Assembly: GCF_016433145.1 (NCBI RefSeq)
Contig: NC_058133.1
Span: 476,977,330-477,041,329 of the forward strand
Source of the DNA: Gracilinanus agilis
Taxonomy: Eukaryota
DNA: 64,000 nt
Direction: 5' to 3'
Shown piece by piece: positions 40,901-54,623 of this stretch; positions within the stretch are counted from its first letter, which is position 1, and each line of letters begins with the position of its first letter. The position numbers and the translations under genes were made by a program. The notes beneath the pieces are model-generated. The model was not told where the DNA came from. It saw only the letters and a program-made list of their open reading frames with translations, and did no database searches.

Positions 40901-43900
40901 GTCTACTTTTTTCCTCTTTTTATTCTCTAAACCAAAATTGCATACACTGGATAAAAGGATATGTATGGTTTTACCAGTTTTTGGTGTATAGTTCCAAATT
41001 GCTTTTTTGCACGGCTAGATCAGTTCACAGTTCCATCAACTGTATATGAAAGTAATGCTTTGCCCCATACCCACTCCAGCATCTATTCTTTTCTTTTTTT
41101 TTTCCTTTGGGGGTAGGTGGGGGAGGTCAACTTTGCCAATCTGAAAAGTATGAAGTAAAACCTTGGCGTTTTGTTTGTATTTCTCCAATTACTAGATATT
41201 TAGAGTATTTTTTCCTATGGTTATTTATAGCTTAGGTTTCTTCTGAAAAGTGGCTATTCATATTCTTATCAGTTCCCTGAGTGAGTACCTTAGAAATGAA
41301 ACTTTTATCATAAACTTACTCCACGGATTCCCCCCTCTCCCATTTACTAAGCAGTTTAATTTTTCTAGTTATTATCTAGATTGGGGAGATGGTAAGATAC
41401 AATTGCTTTCCCCAACATTCTGACAAAAGAGGAAGGTGACGTATTAGGTATATATGGTGGGTAGCAGGAAAAGTCAGGAACTTAATATTTACAGTAAAAT
41501 ATCTACAAAGTAAGTTTCAGAGTACCTGAGTAGTCTGTTTCTTGAATGTAAGAGCCTTATATAATAAAATTACATCTAAATTGAATACTGTCATCTGAAG
41601 AGAGCAATTTAACTTGCCAAAGGTACTTTTCTCTAAAGACAACTTATTTTACATATGTGCATGTGATGTTTGAGGGTAGGGAGAAAAATCTACAAACATG
41701 AAATATCCATAAAAGCCAACATACTTACCTGTTTAATATTGGCTCCTTGACGGCCAATGATCAGCTTCACAGCTTCTTGAGGAACCCGCATCTCCACCTC
41801 AATATCATCTTCCCCAACGAATGTCAACCGTTCTTCTACAAAATGACCATCGGATTAGCCCTGATGCCAAAGACTAACACTCCTCACCCCAAGGTCACTC
41901 CTACCCCAAGGACCTAACTGTCAAAAACAAATGAGAAGCCAAGAGAGAAAAACGGGAAAAGAAACCCAAACATAGCAGCAAACAAAAGTGCTATCTGAAT
42001 GGGAACCTGGAGATTCCAGAAGATTTGACTGGCATACAGGAGAGCTCTGTTGAATGCTGCTTCACAGATGCCAAAGCAGGAAAAGCTCATTAATCCTACA
42101 AGAAAAGTGTGCTGAGCTTCATACAGGCCTTTGATTCCAAACTGTCTCTAATGTTACCAGGAAAGAATCCTGTAAGACAGTATGGTGGGGAGGGGAAGGG
42201 AAAACTAGGTGGCTCAGTGGATTAAGAACCAGGCCTAGAGAAATGAGGTGACCTGGGTTTGAATCTGGCCTCAGATACTTACTACCTGTATGTCTCTGGA
42301 CAAGTCACTTAACCTCCACTGCCTAGCCCTTACTGCTCTTCTGCCTTGAAAACCAATACAACAATACGGATTCTAAGACAGAAGGTAAAGGTTAAAACAA
42401 ACAAAAAAAGATAGTATCCTAAGATTCCAGAACTTGCCTAGTTTTTCTGTTCAGATTCAGAACTTATCCCACCAAATTTTTACAATCCATCTACATCTTG
42501 AAGCATTGCCCATTAGTGAGGACGGTATGAGTGATAAAGACACTGACTTTTCCTCAAGGATGAATAGGAAAACATATAAAAAGAATAGGGCATTTAGACA
42601 TACACATACATATACACACATAAAGAACCCACTCCTCGGGATCCAAGATATATAAATAACAGATATAAGACCAAAAGCCATTCCCCAAAAGATAAGTGGT
42701 CAAAGGATATAAACAAACATCAAAATAAGAATTGCAAACTATTAACAATTATATAGAAGAATGTTTCAAATCACATATATTAAGAGAAATACAAATCAAA
42801 ACAACTATGCTGTTGCATCTTACACCTGATTTATTGGCAAAGATGAAAAAAAGATGGAAATACTTAATGTAGGAGGGGCTGTGGGAAAATAGGCACACTA
42901 AGGCATTACTGGTGGAACTGTGAATCAGTACAACTACTTTAGAAAACAATTTGGAATTATGCAAATAAAATGACTAAAAATGTCCCATTATCCTTTGACC
43001 CAGAGACTCCAGGACTATACTTATTTCTCCAAAGAGGTGAAGGATAATAATCTCCACATACACCAAAATATTTATAATAGCATTTTTCATGGTAGCAAAG
43101 AATTCAAAACAAAGTAAATAACCATTAACTGGGCAAAAATTATGGTTTGGAATGGAATACTGGCATGGAAAATGGAATATTGCTGTGCTATAAGAAATTC
43201 TGTGTGTGATGAACACAAAGAAGCATGGAAAGATCTACGTGAACTAGAGCAGTAAAGGAGGGCCAAGGAAACGATACACCCAACAACCACGACAATATAA
43301 ATGGAAATAACCACAAAAAAAAGGTCAGAAGCAAATGTTGGCAAATTACAAAGAAAAGACATGACTTGAAAGAAGAGCTATGAGACACTTCCACCTCTCC
43401 TCTTTGAAGAGGTAAGAGGCCCAGAAGTACCATATATTGTATGTATTTTCAGATTTTGTCAATGTATTGAGAAGTTATACTGACTTAAAATGTCATTTGT
43501 TGTATGAGACAGCTTTCTGGGAGGGGGAGGTATAGTGGGGAGAATTATGAAGATGTGAAAAAACAGACGTCAATAAAAACATGAAGAAAAAAAAAAGAAC
43601 CCACTACAGTTGTATTGTTGATTCACTGCTTAGATCAACAGAGCTCTCAGAAAAAAGGTAGATGAACTGGTATCTCAGTTCATAGGCTAGCCACTAGTGG
43701 CATATTTGATGTAACAAAAGGAAAGGTCCAGGGTCTCTGTGCTACTAGCAATAGCAGCCAACTGGCAAAGACCCCTTAAGTTATTTCTAGTTGTAATGTA
43801 ACAAATTATCAAGACTAAAAGGTTTAACATTTTTTATTTCAGGTTAATGAAATATGTTAGTTTATAAACTTTCCATTTTATAATATGCATATACAACAGT

Positions 43901-44234
43901 GATTCCCAAAGTGGGCACCACTGCCCCCCTGATGGGTGCTGCATTGATCCAGGAGGATGGTGATGGCCGCAGGTGCATTTATCTTTCCTATTAATTGCTA
44001 TTAAAATTTTAAAAAAATTAATTTCCAGGGGGTTAAATAATATTTTTTCTGGAAAGGGGGCGGTAGGCCAAAAAAGTTTGGAAACCATTGATATACATAA
44101 AAATACATACCTCGACTTTCTCTATACCTTCGGTAGAGGATATAAGCAACAGTCAGGCTGGCTGGGATTCCAAGGCCCAGTGCTATTTTCTGAATAGTTG
44201 ACAGGTTTGTCCAAGAAGACCATTCAGTAGACAT
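34974..44234 (-). CDS. TDRKH: Tudor and KH domain-containing protein (TDRD2), piRNA pathway, 570 aa, 12 coding exons
   Basis: Minus-strand exons 44234-44111, 41835-41729, 39958-39769, 38889-38750, 38633-38297, 37204-37041, 36815-36643, 36393-36329, 36035-35884, 35694-35587, 35350-35254 and 35029-34974 (1713 nt, in phase). It has an N-terminal hydrophobic anchor (IALGLGIPASLTVAYILY), two KH GxxG loops (IIGRQGANIKQLR, IIGRGGETIRAI) and a Tudor domain (WYRARV...YFVDFGDN). Confidence 0.96.
37462..37668 (+). mobile_element. Older SINE1_Mdo-like SINE
   Basis: Diverged full-length copy in a TDRKH intron. Confidence 0.8.
40370..41340 (-). mobile_element. L1 3' fragment
   Basis: Antisense marsupial L1 3' UTR and ORF2-end motifs (cagtttccaattctttgccaccacaaaaa). 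Confidence 0.7.
42205..42410 (+). mobile_element. Older SINE1_Mdo-like SINE
   Basis: Diverged full-length copy. Confidence 0.8.
42590..43590 (+). mobile_element. L1 3' fragment
   Basis: ORF2-end motifs (agaaatacaaatcaaaacaact, cctttgacccagag) followed by the 3' UTR and an A-rich tail. Confidence 0.7.
43897..44090. mobile_element. hAT-superfamily MITE, family A copy 3 (opposite orientation, different interior)
   Basis: CAGTGATTCCCAAA...TTTGGAAACCATTG with TSD atatacaa/atatacat. Lies 20 bp from the donor of TDRKH coding exon 1. Confidence 0.85.
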
Positions 44235-44826
44235 TTTCTTCAGAGTTCTAACCTGCATTCTGAAGCATGGGAGGGGAAACAAAGAGACATTCAACCAAAA
44301 CTTATGTGTGGCTAGTAACACTTTTGCCCAAATCTAAGCATCAACTCCAAGATGAGGAACCTGACTCATTGGACAAGCAACTAAAAGCCACACAAAAGTA
44401 AAAAGAAACTTAATTTCTCTTCACTGCCTGACCCTAGAAAAATATACATTTAAATATAAAAGGGAATACACAATTTTACCTAATAACTAAAAAAAACAAC
44501 AACATATTCTATTTTCAATTTCTGTTTTTTTTTTACTTGATCATTTTCTGATGTTTCAGATTAAGTCTTATTCACTATTAAAACAGTGATCAGGAACTAT
44601 ATATATATGTATATATATATATATATGGCTTTCCAACTTCACTTAAGTCTAAAAATCCATTTATACCTATACCTGCAAAATAGCATTAATAGCATTTAAA
44701 AAGCAAAACCCCAAATGCCTATAAATTCAGATTTATTGCATGAAAGCAGACCCCTTTTGTGTAAAGTATGCCATGTTACCACTTTTCAGAGAATGGAATA
44801 CATTCTTTCCACCTTAAAACAGATTC

Positions 44827-45027
44827 TTTTTTTTTAAACCCTTACCTTCTGTCTTGGAGCCAATACTGTGTAGTGGCTCCAAGGCAGAAGAGTGGTAAGG
44901 GTAGACAATGGGAGTTAACTGACTTACCCAGGGTCACACAGCTGGGAAGTGTCTGAGGCCAGATTTGAACGTAGGACCTCCCATCTCTAGACCTGGCTCT
45001 CAATCCACTGAGCTACCCAGCTGCCCC
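44827..45027 (-). mobile_element. SINE1_Mdo-like SINE
   Basis: TSD ccttaaaacagattc/ccttaaaacggattc. Confidence 0.9.
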
Positions 45028-46279
45028 CCTTAAAACGGATTCTGAGGGAGGTTTTTTATAATAAATTCTTTTTTGGGTGAGCAATGCTTACCCATTTAAA
45101 TCCATATTATTTAAACCAGGAGGGCTACATTTTTTGTTGTTTTAAAGAGCTTTACGGAAAGAATACTAGATGTAGAGTCAGAGGACCTATGTTTGAAATT
45201 TGGTTTTGTCACTTACTAGTAGTATGATCTTGAGAAAATCACAACCTTTCAATCTCCATTCCTTTATTCTGTCAGAGATCATCACACTACCCACTTGGAG
45301 GATTTGTTGTGAAAAATCACAACAGTGTGCCTTTATGTTACTATATACACATGTAAAAAAAATGTACTCACATATATTCAATTCTTTTAGTTTAATAAAG
45401 GGCAAAGTTCTAGGTGCTAGAGATACAAAACAAAAACAAAACAAACTTCCCTATCCTTGAGGAAGTTCTATCCTATTAGACTTTATCAACTGTAAAGTGT
45501 TATATAAATATAATAATTTGGATTGGACCTGTGATTTCACTGATATAATGAACTACTGATGAGGAAACTTCAACTAAAGCAGACTGTAGGCTATTCTACA
45601 ACTTAATAGTTTTAAATCTTGAAGGATAGTTAGGATCTTGACAGATGGAGACTGTAGACACACTCATGATGGAAAGAAATGCATTAAGTAAAAGTAGAAA
45701 GGGAAAATACACGACATTTTTGAACAGTGAACAAACTAGCTTGGCTGGAGCTTAGATGATAAAAACAAAAGAAATAGGAGTTAAGCTGGGAAGTGGGATG
45801 GGATCAGATTATAGACGACTTTGAAAGTCACGTGTTTAACTTTAATTTCTGGTTGTAGTGAACCAATAAAAGGTTTCTGAATAAGAGAGTATCAAGGTAA
45901 TAATATTGATGAAATTTGCTAAATGTTTTATTTTTACAGATGACTCTCATTTGACCTTCACAACTGTGAGTTAAATGCTATAGACATTAACTTTATTTTA
46001 TAGAAGACAAAATTGAAGCTAAGAAAGTAAAGTGACTTGCTCAGTCACATAGTTGGTTAAATAACTGATAATGGGATTCAAACTCAGGTCTTCAACTCCA
46101 AGTTCAAAGCTTTGCCAATTGTGCAATGCTGATATCAGGGTGGAAGATATGGGGAAATTATTCTTTATCAGTGGGCAGAATCAACTGGATAGTAAAGTTT
46201 GGTATGGGACTTCCAACCCCACCACTCAACTAAAACTATTTTTTAAAAGGTCGCAGTTTCTCTAGTCATTAAATCAAAC

Positions 46280-47600
46280 GACCTTTTCTTAGCCCTTACC
46301 CTTTTTGAAGTCTTTGTAGTATTTGAAATTATCCATGATTTCTGGTTCTTAGTTATTTATAATACTGCTTCCTTCTACCTGTCTAACTAAATCTCAAGTT
46401 CCATAGTAAGATTACCTATGTCCTATTCTTTTATGTATGAGTATACCTTGGAGTTGTTCTGGGCTCTCTTGTTTCTTTCTATACTATCTCTTGGTGATTC
46501 CATCATCTTGCACCATTACAACTATCAACTTTATGTAGATAACTCCCAAACCAACATGCTTCTAACTGCCTGAGCATCTTTACCTAGATATTTCACAGGC
46601 ACCTCAAAACTCAGTATATTCAAAACAGGTTATTTTTCCCTCTAAACCTATGCCTCCCAACTTCCTAATTTCGATCAAAGACACTACCTTTCCAGTCATC
46701 CAGTGTTGCAATGTCTCCTCTTGTCCTGGACACAAATCACTTAACCTGTCAGCCTTGGTTTCCTCCACTGTAAAATAGGCACCTACTTCATAGTTTGGTT
46801 GTGAGGATCAAATGAGATAGCATGTACAACTCTGCCTGGCACATACCAAGTGTTATGCCTTTTCCCTTCCCTCTTTCAATCAACATCCACTAAGTTGCCA
46901 AGTTTTGTTAAGTCTAATTCCAGAACATCTCTCATTTGTTCCCTTCTCTCTACTCGCACTTTGACCATTCTAGCTTAGACCTTCATCACTCCTTACTTGG
47001 ACTACTGAAATAGCACCCAATTGGTGTCCCTGACTCCAGGATTTCCCCTCCTTTCCAGCCTCTATGCAGTTACCATACTGATAGTCCTAAAGCACAGGTC
47101 TGACCAAATTACCCTCCAGCTCAAGAAGCTTCAGTGATTCCTTACTGCCTTTAGGTTAAAATGCAAACTCCTCTCTTTAGCATTTAAAGTTCTTCACAAT
47201 CAGACTTCAATCTATTTCTCTAGGATGATCTTATTCTCTTTTATTCACTCTACATTTTAGCCCAACTGGCCCACCTGCTATTCCCTATACACATGCCATT
47301 TCTCACATTGATGACTTGTAGGTTGTTGTTCTTCCCCTTTCTGCAACACTGCAATGCATGCCTCTCTCATTTCTGCATCTTGAAATCCCCAGTTTCCTTC
47401 AAGTACCAGATGAAATGCCTCTTCCTACACAAAAGCCTTTCCTTATCCACTACCAATGTGTATGTATGTGTGTACACACATGCACACACACACTCTTTCT
47501 CTCTCTCTCTAAATCTGAGTTTGAAGTCAGAGACTGCATCATTTCCATCTTTGTGTCCTCAGTGGCAAGCATAATGCCTGGTACATAATAGGAATATAAT
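46280..47600 (+). mobile_element. L2 remnant with embedded MIR
   Basis: C/T-rich L2 motifs ending gcataatgcctggtacataatagg. MIR core near 46735-46820. Confidence 0.6.
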
Positions 47601-47659
47601 ATAAAATTGAATTGGAAGAAGTTCAGTTAGGTTATTTTAACGATGTGTCCTCATTTTGT

Positions 47660-47825
47660 TTTTTAAACTCTTACCTATGTTGTTCTATGGCAGAACAGAG
47701 GTAAGGTAGGCAATGGAGGTTAAGTGACTTGCCCAGGGTCACACAGTGAAGAAGTATCTGAGGCCAGATTTGAATCCAGATCTCTCATTTCTAGGTCATA
47801 TTCACTAAGCTACCTGGGTGCCCTC
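47660..47825 (-). mobile_element. Older SINE1_Mdo-like SINE
   Basis: Family core gtgacttgcccagggtcacacag. Confidence 0.75.
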
Positions 47826-50800
47826 TTATGCCCATATTCTCAAGTGAATTAGGGGAGAAGGGGTAGCCTAGAGAAGACTAGCCTGGAATATTTAATCATA
47901 TATTCAAAAACTTTTTTTAACTTAAAAACATACTTTTCATAGTTATTGGAAAAGTGGTAAAAAAAAAAAAGAGGGGAAAAGGCTCTTAATGTGATGTGGT
48001 TTCATGTTTCTGTGTCAAGAAGATTGTTCAATTCAAGATTATTCCATTAACTCAAATAGATGTTCCAAATTAATTAGTCAATTGAAAAGCCTTCCACCAA
48101 TTCAGGCAGTTTTGAGGCCTCAGGCTCTAGTTGTGCTTCACCATTACCAATAAATCAGAAGGTATTTTCCTGCCAAGTTTGCCCAGATAGAAAATTATTG
48201 CATCCTTGTCTACAGCCACAAAAATGCAGTGATGATTAGCAAAAGAAAACTGGTTAAGTCCTAGTGATGCTAGAAATATGGAAAACAAAATTTACTCTAA
48301 ATTAAAGTGTCAGTTTTAAATGAGCTCTTCTCTGAATGAGAATATAATATAGGGTAATTCTTATTCAGATGGAACAGCAGCAGTATTGCCATTGCAATAA
48401 ACAAGAAGATGGAATTAAATCTGGAAGACCAGACAAAGTATCCCAGACTTAGGAGTTGAAGTTCAAGTCTTTATTCCAGTTCTGTCACTACCTAAGTATC
48501 CCTAGGCCAGTCTATATCTTAGTTTCCTCATCTGCAAAATGAAGGGGCTGAACTACCTGATGTCTAACTTTCCTTTCAGTTCTAGATCTATGACTAGATG
48601 TTTCCCACTTTTGCTTTTCAGAATAAGCATCCCTCTCTCACTCTTAGTTTAAAATAAATGCAGGCTGCCATGTTTTTGGTAATTCACTGAAGAACTTTTG
48701 TTAAATTTTAGTGTGTTCATAAAGTTTTTAATAATAGCATTATATACTCTTGCTCAGTCTAGTTCCCACTCCTTTCTCCATCAAAAAACACCCCAAACCC
48801 TTACCACTGTCTCCTGAGCTTGCAGCTTATTAGAGAGAATTCTATGCTCTTATTTTTCCTATAGTCAATTAGCAAGCCCATTCTCACCTTATAGGCCCCC
48901 AAGTAATTTCTGGTAAATTTTCATTGGCAAGGAGGCTTCAATCTAAAAGGAAGAAGTACTGATTCCCCCCTCCCCCCAACTAGGTTGAGGTTTGTGTTTA
49001 AACAGTTTTATGATCATAGAATTTGTCTCGAATAACTGTGTATAAAAAGTCAGTTTTTCTTTGAAGACAGAAAATTTCTCAGATTCTTCCCAAATAAGCC
49101 AGATAGGTTTTACTCTAAAACATAAATTGTTACCTGATTTTAATTTTGAGGTTGAATTTAAGTAACTAGTGTTAGAGAAACTAAAGGTCAAAAAGCTCTT
49201 TCCCAAGACAGAAGATTTTCTTTGAACAAGTCTCAACACATCTACATCATAAACAGTCATTTACATAATGTAAATATTATTTATATTGTGCACATATTAT
49301 TTTTCTTAGCCTTTGAGTACTTTGTAAGTTTTTCCCATAAAATCTAGAGCCCCAAATTCCTCTACTATATTAACTTATACAGTACTGATTCAATTTTATA
49401 CATAGATTCTAAGTGCTTAATCAAAGAAACCGTTTGGAATGACAGCATATACCAAGATTTCTTCCTTGGTTCTGGACTTTAAACTACATGATTTTAAATA
49501 ACAAATACTGTATCTTTGGTTTGAGCCGTCTCTCCTCCTTCCCTTTATTTCTTCTGCCTCCAATTCTAAATTTTGTTAAGGCAAGCAAACTACCATAAGT
49601 AAAAAAAAGCACGAGTTCAATCAACACCATGGCAACAGTTTGATCTGAATGCCATCCTTTTTTGGCTGCACTCTACAATTCATGATTGTGGGTTTTTACA
49701 TAATCAGTTATTTTGCTCAATATAGCTTGTTGGCATGTTGTCTCCTTCATTAGACTGTAAGCTCCTTGAGAGTGGGGAATATTTTATGCCTTGCTTTTAT
49801 ATAGTTCAGAGCTTGCGCAAACAGTAGGTGCTTAATAAATACTAGTTGACTAAGGAAGAACTTGGCAGTCCTAAAAGACTATTATAGCTATCTCGGGCAA
49901 TTCAGAAGGGAATGTACTTTTCCTCTGATTAGAAAGCACCTGGAACAAAGCCAAAGGTTCTGAATATGGCCAAATTCCCAACTAATACTCTGGTACTGTG
50001 TATAGCATATGAAATTAAGCTACAAGGGTTTCAGTATTTTTGTAACTTAATATTGATTGTTAGTACTTAGCACAATAATGGACACATAATTGGGAACTTA
50101 CTGTTTTAAAAACTGAATTGAGAGTATTTTTCCTAATATTTTTTTGGTGGTCAATATTCTCATTTCCTATTCACATCAAAGCATAAAGGGTGAAAAGAAG
50201 CAAAATCTGGTTTCATCATTTAATTAAAATTATCTGTGATATACAAGGAACTTTGCCAGGCACTAGATTTATAAAGTTCTTACCCTCAGGAATCTTATCA
50301 TTTAAGACATAAACATATGAGAAGTATTTTAGAGAGATCAGAGGGGGATCTCAGAAGCCTTCAAGGAAGAAATGGCAACTAAGAATCCAAAAGATCCTCT
50401 TCCTAACAGAGGGAAGGTGGAATACACAAGATGCTGACTAATCCCACTGTTTTCAATAAGATAATGATTGGAGCAATGCAAATAGTTTTATTTCTATGGG
50501 TCATTTGTCCAATCTGGAAAGAATGCATTCCAAACTTGAGGAACTCAAAGCAATTTGAGCAACAGAAGGCAGATGTGGCAAAGAAGGTCTGAAGTAATTA
50601 TAAATGGGAATCACACAAGTCAATAATCTGAGGGTTGGGTACCATTAAATCTTGCTCAGATCAGAGTTACCATTTGGGAAGTATCAACATTTGCTGATAT
50701 AAATGGATTTATATGACAAGCCCATTTGTACCAAAGACCACATTTAAATATTCTCACTAATTACAAAATCAAAACCTAGGCTAATTAAAATTTAAGTTGC

Positions 50801-53339
50801 CCTCTTGATAGAGAATGTATATACCATAAAAGAATATGTATATTATATTTGTTTATGCTAAATTAAAGGCAGTCTTATTTATAATTTAGATATATAACAT
50901 AACACTTATTTATAACATATATATAACATACTGAATACCACTGGACAAAAAGTTTAAAAGTGGAAGATAAAATAAAAGGGAGATAAATTACTTCTACTAG
51001 AAACTTTCTTGCTTCATTTTATTACTTAAAATGGAATAAAACAATATGTGGAAGAAAGAATGCCAGAATGTCTGACCATTCTACAGGGATATAAGACTGC
51101 CAGCTAGGTATATAGTTCAACTGTAAGGAGTTAATTCTGCTCAAGGATGATCATAAACTCCTTTGAAAACGCAACATTTGAGATCTGTGAACCCAACTCT
51201 GGCAACAATAAATGATACAGTACACGAAAAGGAAATGCAGGCATTAAAGAATCCACACTACTGCTAAAATAAGTCAGAGTTGAGTTCGAAGTACTCAAAA
51301 CAGGAAAATCTGTAATAACTCTACTGCTTTCTCTGCCATACAATTAAATATTTTGATTATTCCACCCAGCTTTCCTTTTTGGCATAGGGGCAGTGTAGAA
51401 AAATAAAATTAAAGAAAAAAAAAAAAAGCACTAACCTTTTAAGTCAGATAGAACCTGACTCTGACACTAGCTGGGTGACCCTGGGCAAATTACTTACCTC
51501 TTTTGAGTCTCTGTTTCCTTATCTGTACAAAGGGAATAGAAAGGCATTGTGGTCTAGTGTGTAAAGAGAAGCCTTCTGAATCAGAAAAATAGAATTCTGC
51601 TTCTGATAAATACCAGCTGTGTAACCCTGAGTGAGTTGCTTAACCTCTCAGTGTCTCAGGCAACTTTCTTAGACTATGAAAGTTATAAATCATTGGTAGA
51701 GAGTGTTTCCTTACCTAGAGCTCCTTAATAGATGAAATCTCAGATCTAGTCAGAAAAATATGAGGATAATACCTGCTTACTTCACAGGGCTGATGCAAGG
51801 AAAATGTTTTAAAAGTTTATATTAATTTGTAAAAATGCTTCCACTGTAAACAAGTTGCTAGTAACTAATATATATTTTCCTGCTGAATTGCCTTTTAAAA
51901 ATCAATGAAATAAAGCAAAATTATAGCTTCTAAAGAGAGTTTTAACAAACCAAGAATTAATGTTCTTCATGACTCTGAGAGCATTTTTAGATCCATCTTA
52001 GGCTAATGATCCATTCTTCTCCTTGTACATATAAAAATCGATTGAATAGAAAAACCTCAAATCCTTCATTTAAAAAGGGGCCAGGGAATAAAAACAGAGA
52101 CTTTGAAAGCAAAGTTGTTTTTCAGACAATTCCAAAATAATGCTACCTGAACTAGGAAGGCAGAAAAGAGAGGAATAAAAAAATGAGTTTAGTAATACAG
52201 GGAAAAACTAAGTAGCAATTGATAATTCTATTAAGGGCAATTAAAAAAAACAACAACTGAAGAAAGGTAAAATTACAGCTACACTCCTCCATCCCAAGGG
52301 CCTAACTTTTCCAAAAGAGCTCTGGACTGATGTGATGTGAAGCAATGCTCCAGGGCCAGCTTCATTGCTGAAAGACCTGACAGGTTTACATTATGATTTC
52401 TTACCTGTGTGATCTTGGGCAAATCACTTAACCTCTCAGGAGATTAGTTTCCTCATCTGTAGAATTAGGGAGTTGGACTAGATAACTTCTAAAGCCCCTT
52501 CCAGCTATAAATCTATGAACCTAAGATTGGAACTCTGACAGACTAAAAAAAAGGTCTCTCCAACTTATTCCAGCATCATTAAACCCTAAATTACATTGAG
52601 AGAAGAGTCTCTTTACAGTCAATGATTTTTGTAATTAAGGCAGCTAAAAAAAACGTGCACAATATACTATTATTTGTTTACTGACTACTTTAGCACTAAC
52701 ATTCTGGCAGGTTCTTTACCATAACCAGACTCATGTTCTGTATATGTCTTTATCTACCCCCCTCCCATCCTTTTAGACCCTTTCCATCTTCAACTTCTCT
52801 TCATTCCCATGACGTCTTCAACCTTAGAATTCCCCTTTCCCTCCCACATAATCTCCTTTTCTTTGCCTCCTTACTTTTTCTACCCCTCAGCCCCTTCACC
52901 ATCTTCTCGCTCTTCTACTTAGCCCTCCCTCTCCATCCCCTCAGTCCTTCTTCATGCCCAGGCTTCCCTCCTCAATACCCCTGGCCCTCCAATAATACGG
53001 ACCCTACGGTTCGTCTTCTCAGCCCCTTCCCCATTTCCCCAGGCTTCGCCTCCTCTTGGCTCCCTCCCCAAGTCCTTGACCCCTCCTTCCTCCCATCCAT
53101 TCCTGTGCCTCCCCCTCCCCACCCAAGACTCCTCCTTTTTTCTTCTCAAAAGAGGCGCTTAGTAAATGCCCGTTGGCTTGATTCCTCAACCCCCTCCCCA
53201 CAAGGCCCAGAGCCTCCATCTTCCTCATTGTCCCCCCTTCCCAGCCCCCGAGTTCTCCTCCAACCCCTCCACCCCCAGTCTTGGCCTCTTTCCAGCCACT
53301 CCGCTCTTCCTAGTTTCTCATAAGTCCTCAGACCCAGCT

Positions 53340-54300
53340 CTAAACTCCCTCTTCCACCTGGTCCCCGGCTTATACCGCTCCTCTGAGAATAGCCGTCGTC
53401 CTCTCAGCTACCCCAGTCGCCGTCTCCTCACACCCTGACTAGGGGAGCTGCGGGAGTCACTTCAACCAATCAGCATCCACACACGTGACCCACACTAGCC
53501 AATCCTTCACCACCTTGCTCTCCTACGGAGTAGCTTCCATTGCTCCCTCCCCCCACCGCCCCAACTTTCTTCCCAAGCCAATCACCCCGCGAGCTGACTG
53601 GCGAACGACGTACCTGCCGCGTGCGGGTGCCCAATAACGGGGATGAGATTCAAAGTCGGACCTCCGCGACTGCCAATAGAAGCCAAAAGCTAGGAAGGCA
53701 CAGCCCTTTCATCATTGGACTGGCACCTGCCTTAGAATTAAACAGCCAATCGGAGGCTTCAATGAGCTCGAGATGCGTAGTATTCGGCCAATCACTGAGC
53801 GAAACTTCTTCGGCTTCAGTTTTGGCTGAAAACTCGGCGTACCCCACTCCTGGGAAGAAACTGTAGAGGTTTGGCTGGAGGGAGAGAGACAAGCAATCCT
53901 GTCGCCGTGTCGCTAGACTATCGCGATGGGGTGTCGCGATTAGGGCGTCTTCTTAGCACATTCCCTATGCTGCGTCTTTTCATCTAGCTAGGGAACAGTT
54001 GCGTTGGGTGCCGCAACAGACCCGTAGTGGTCAGAGCCCCTTTTTGTTGTGACAGGGTCTCCTTGTTGTGACAGGGTCTCCTTGTTGTGACAGCAGCTTG
54101 GAGTCTTGGCATGCCCAAGGCTTGGTGTCGGAGCGCGTGGAGAGGCGGAAGTGAATCTAAGGACCGGGGTCCCTCCACCTCGGCCAAGGAAGAAACCAGG
54201 CGGATTGAATGAAAGAGCAGGAAGGATGGAGATCAGACCTGTGAAAGGCTCCTGACCTTCACGAAATGTGGGAGGCTTGGTAAGGGTAGCGGGGGTACAC
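53340..54300. promoter_or_regulatory. CpG island / TDRKH promoter and non-coding first exon(s)
   Basis: CpG-rich with eight CCAAT/ATTGG boxes. Candidate minus-strand donors are CAG|GTACGT (exon end 53614) and GCG|GTATAA (exon end 53376). The acceptor of the first coding exon is at 44253-44254. Confidence 0.7.
54044..54093 (+). repeat. 19-bp tandem repeat, 2.6 copies
   Basis: ttgttgtgacagggtctcc twice exactly, then ttgttgtgacag. Confidence 0.9.
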
Positions 54301-54411
54301 AGGGCTGGAGGAAGGGGGGAGGCATGCTTTCTTTCTTCCCTGAAGGATAAAACTATCCTGATAGCTGAAGTTTATCTAATGCCCTAAGATCCGCAGAGCA
54401 CTTTTTATCTT

Positions 54412-54601
54412 TTAAAAAATCTTACCTTCTGTCTTAAACTCGATACTAAGTATCGATTCCAGGACTGAAGAGCGATAAGGGCTTGACAACTGGGGTCAAA
54501 TAACTTGCCCAGGGTCACACAGCTAGGAGGTGTCTGAGGTTAGATTTGAACTCAGGCTTTCCCGATTCCAGGTCCATCCACTGTACTACCTAACCGCCCC
54601 C
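54412..54601 (-). mobile_element. SINE1_Mdo-like SINE
   Basis: Family core. Retains several CpGs next to the CpG island. Confidence 0.8.
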
Positions 54602-54623
54602 TGCAAAACACTTTCCAATGATC

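Noticed and set aside
52733-53323. 196-aa ORF
   Set aside because: It lies in a C/T low-complexity tract and gives a Pro/Ser/Leu/Phe-biased translation with no recognisable domain.
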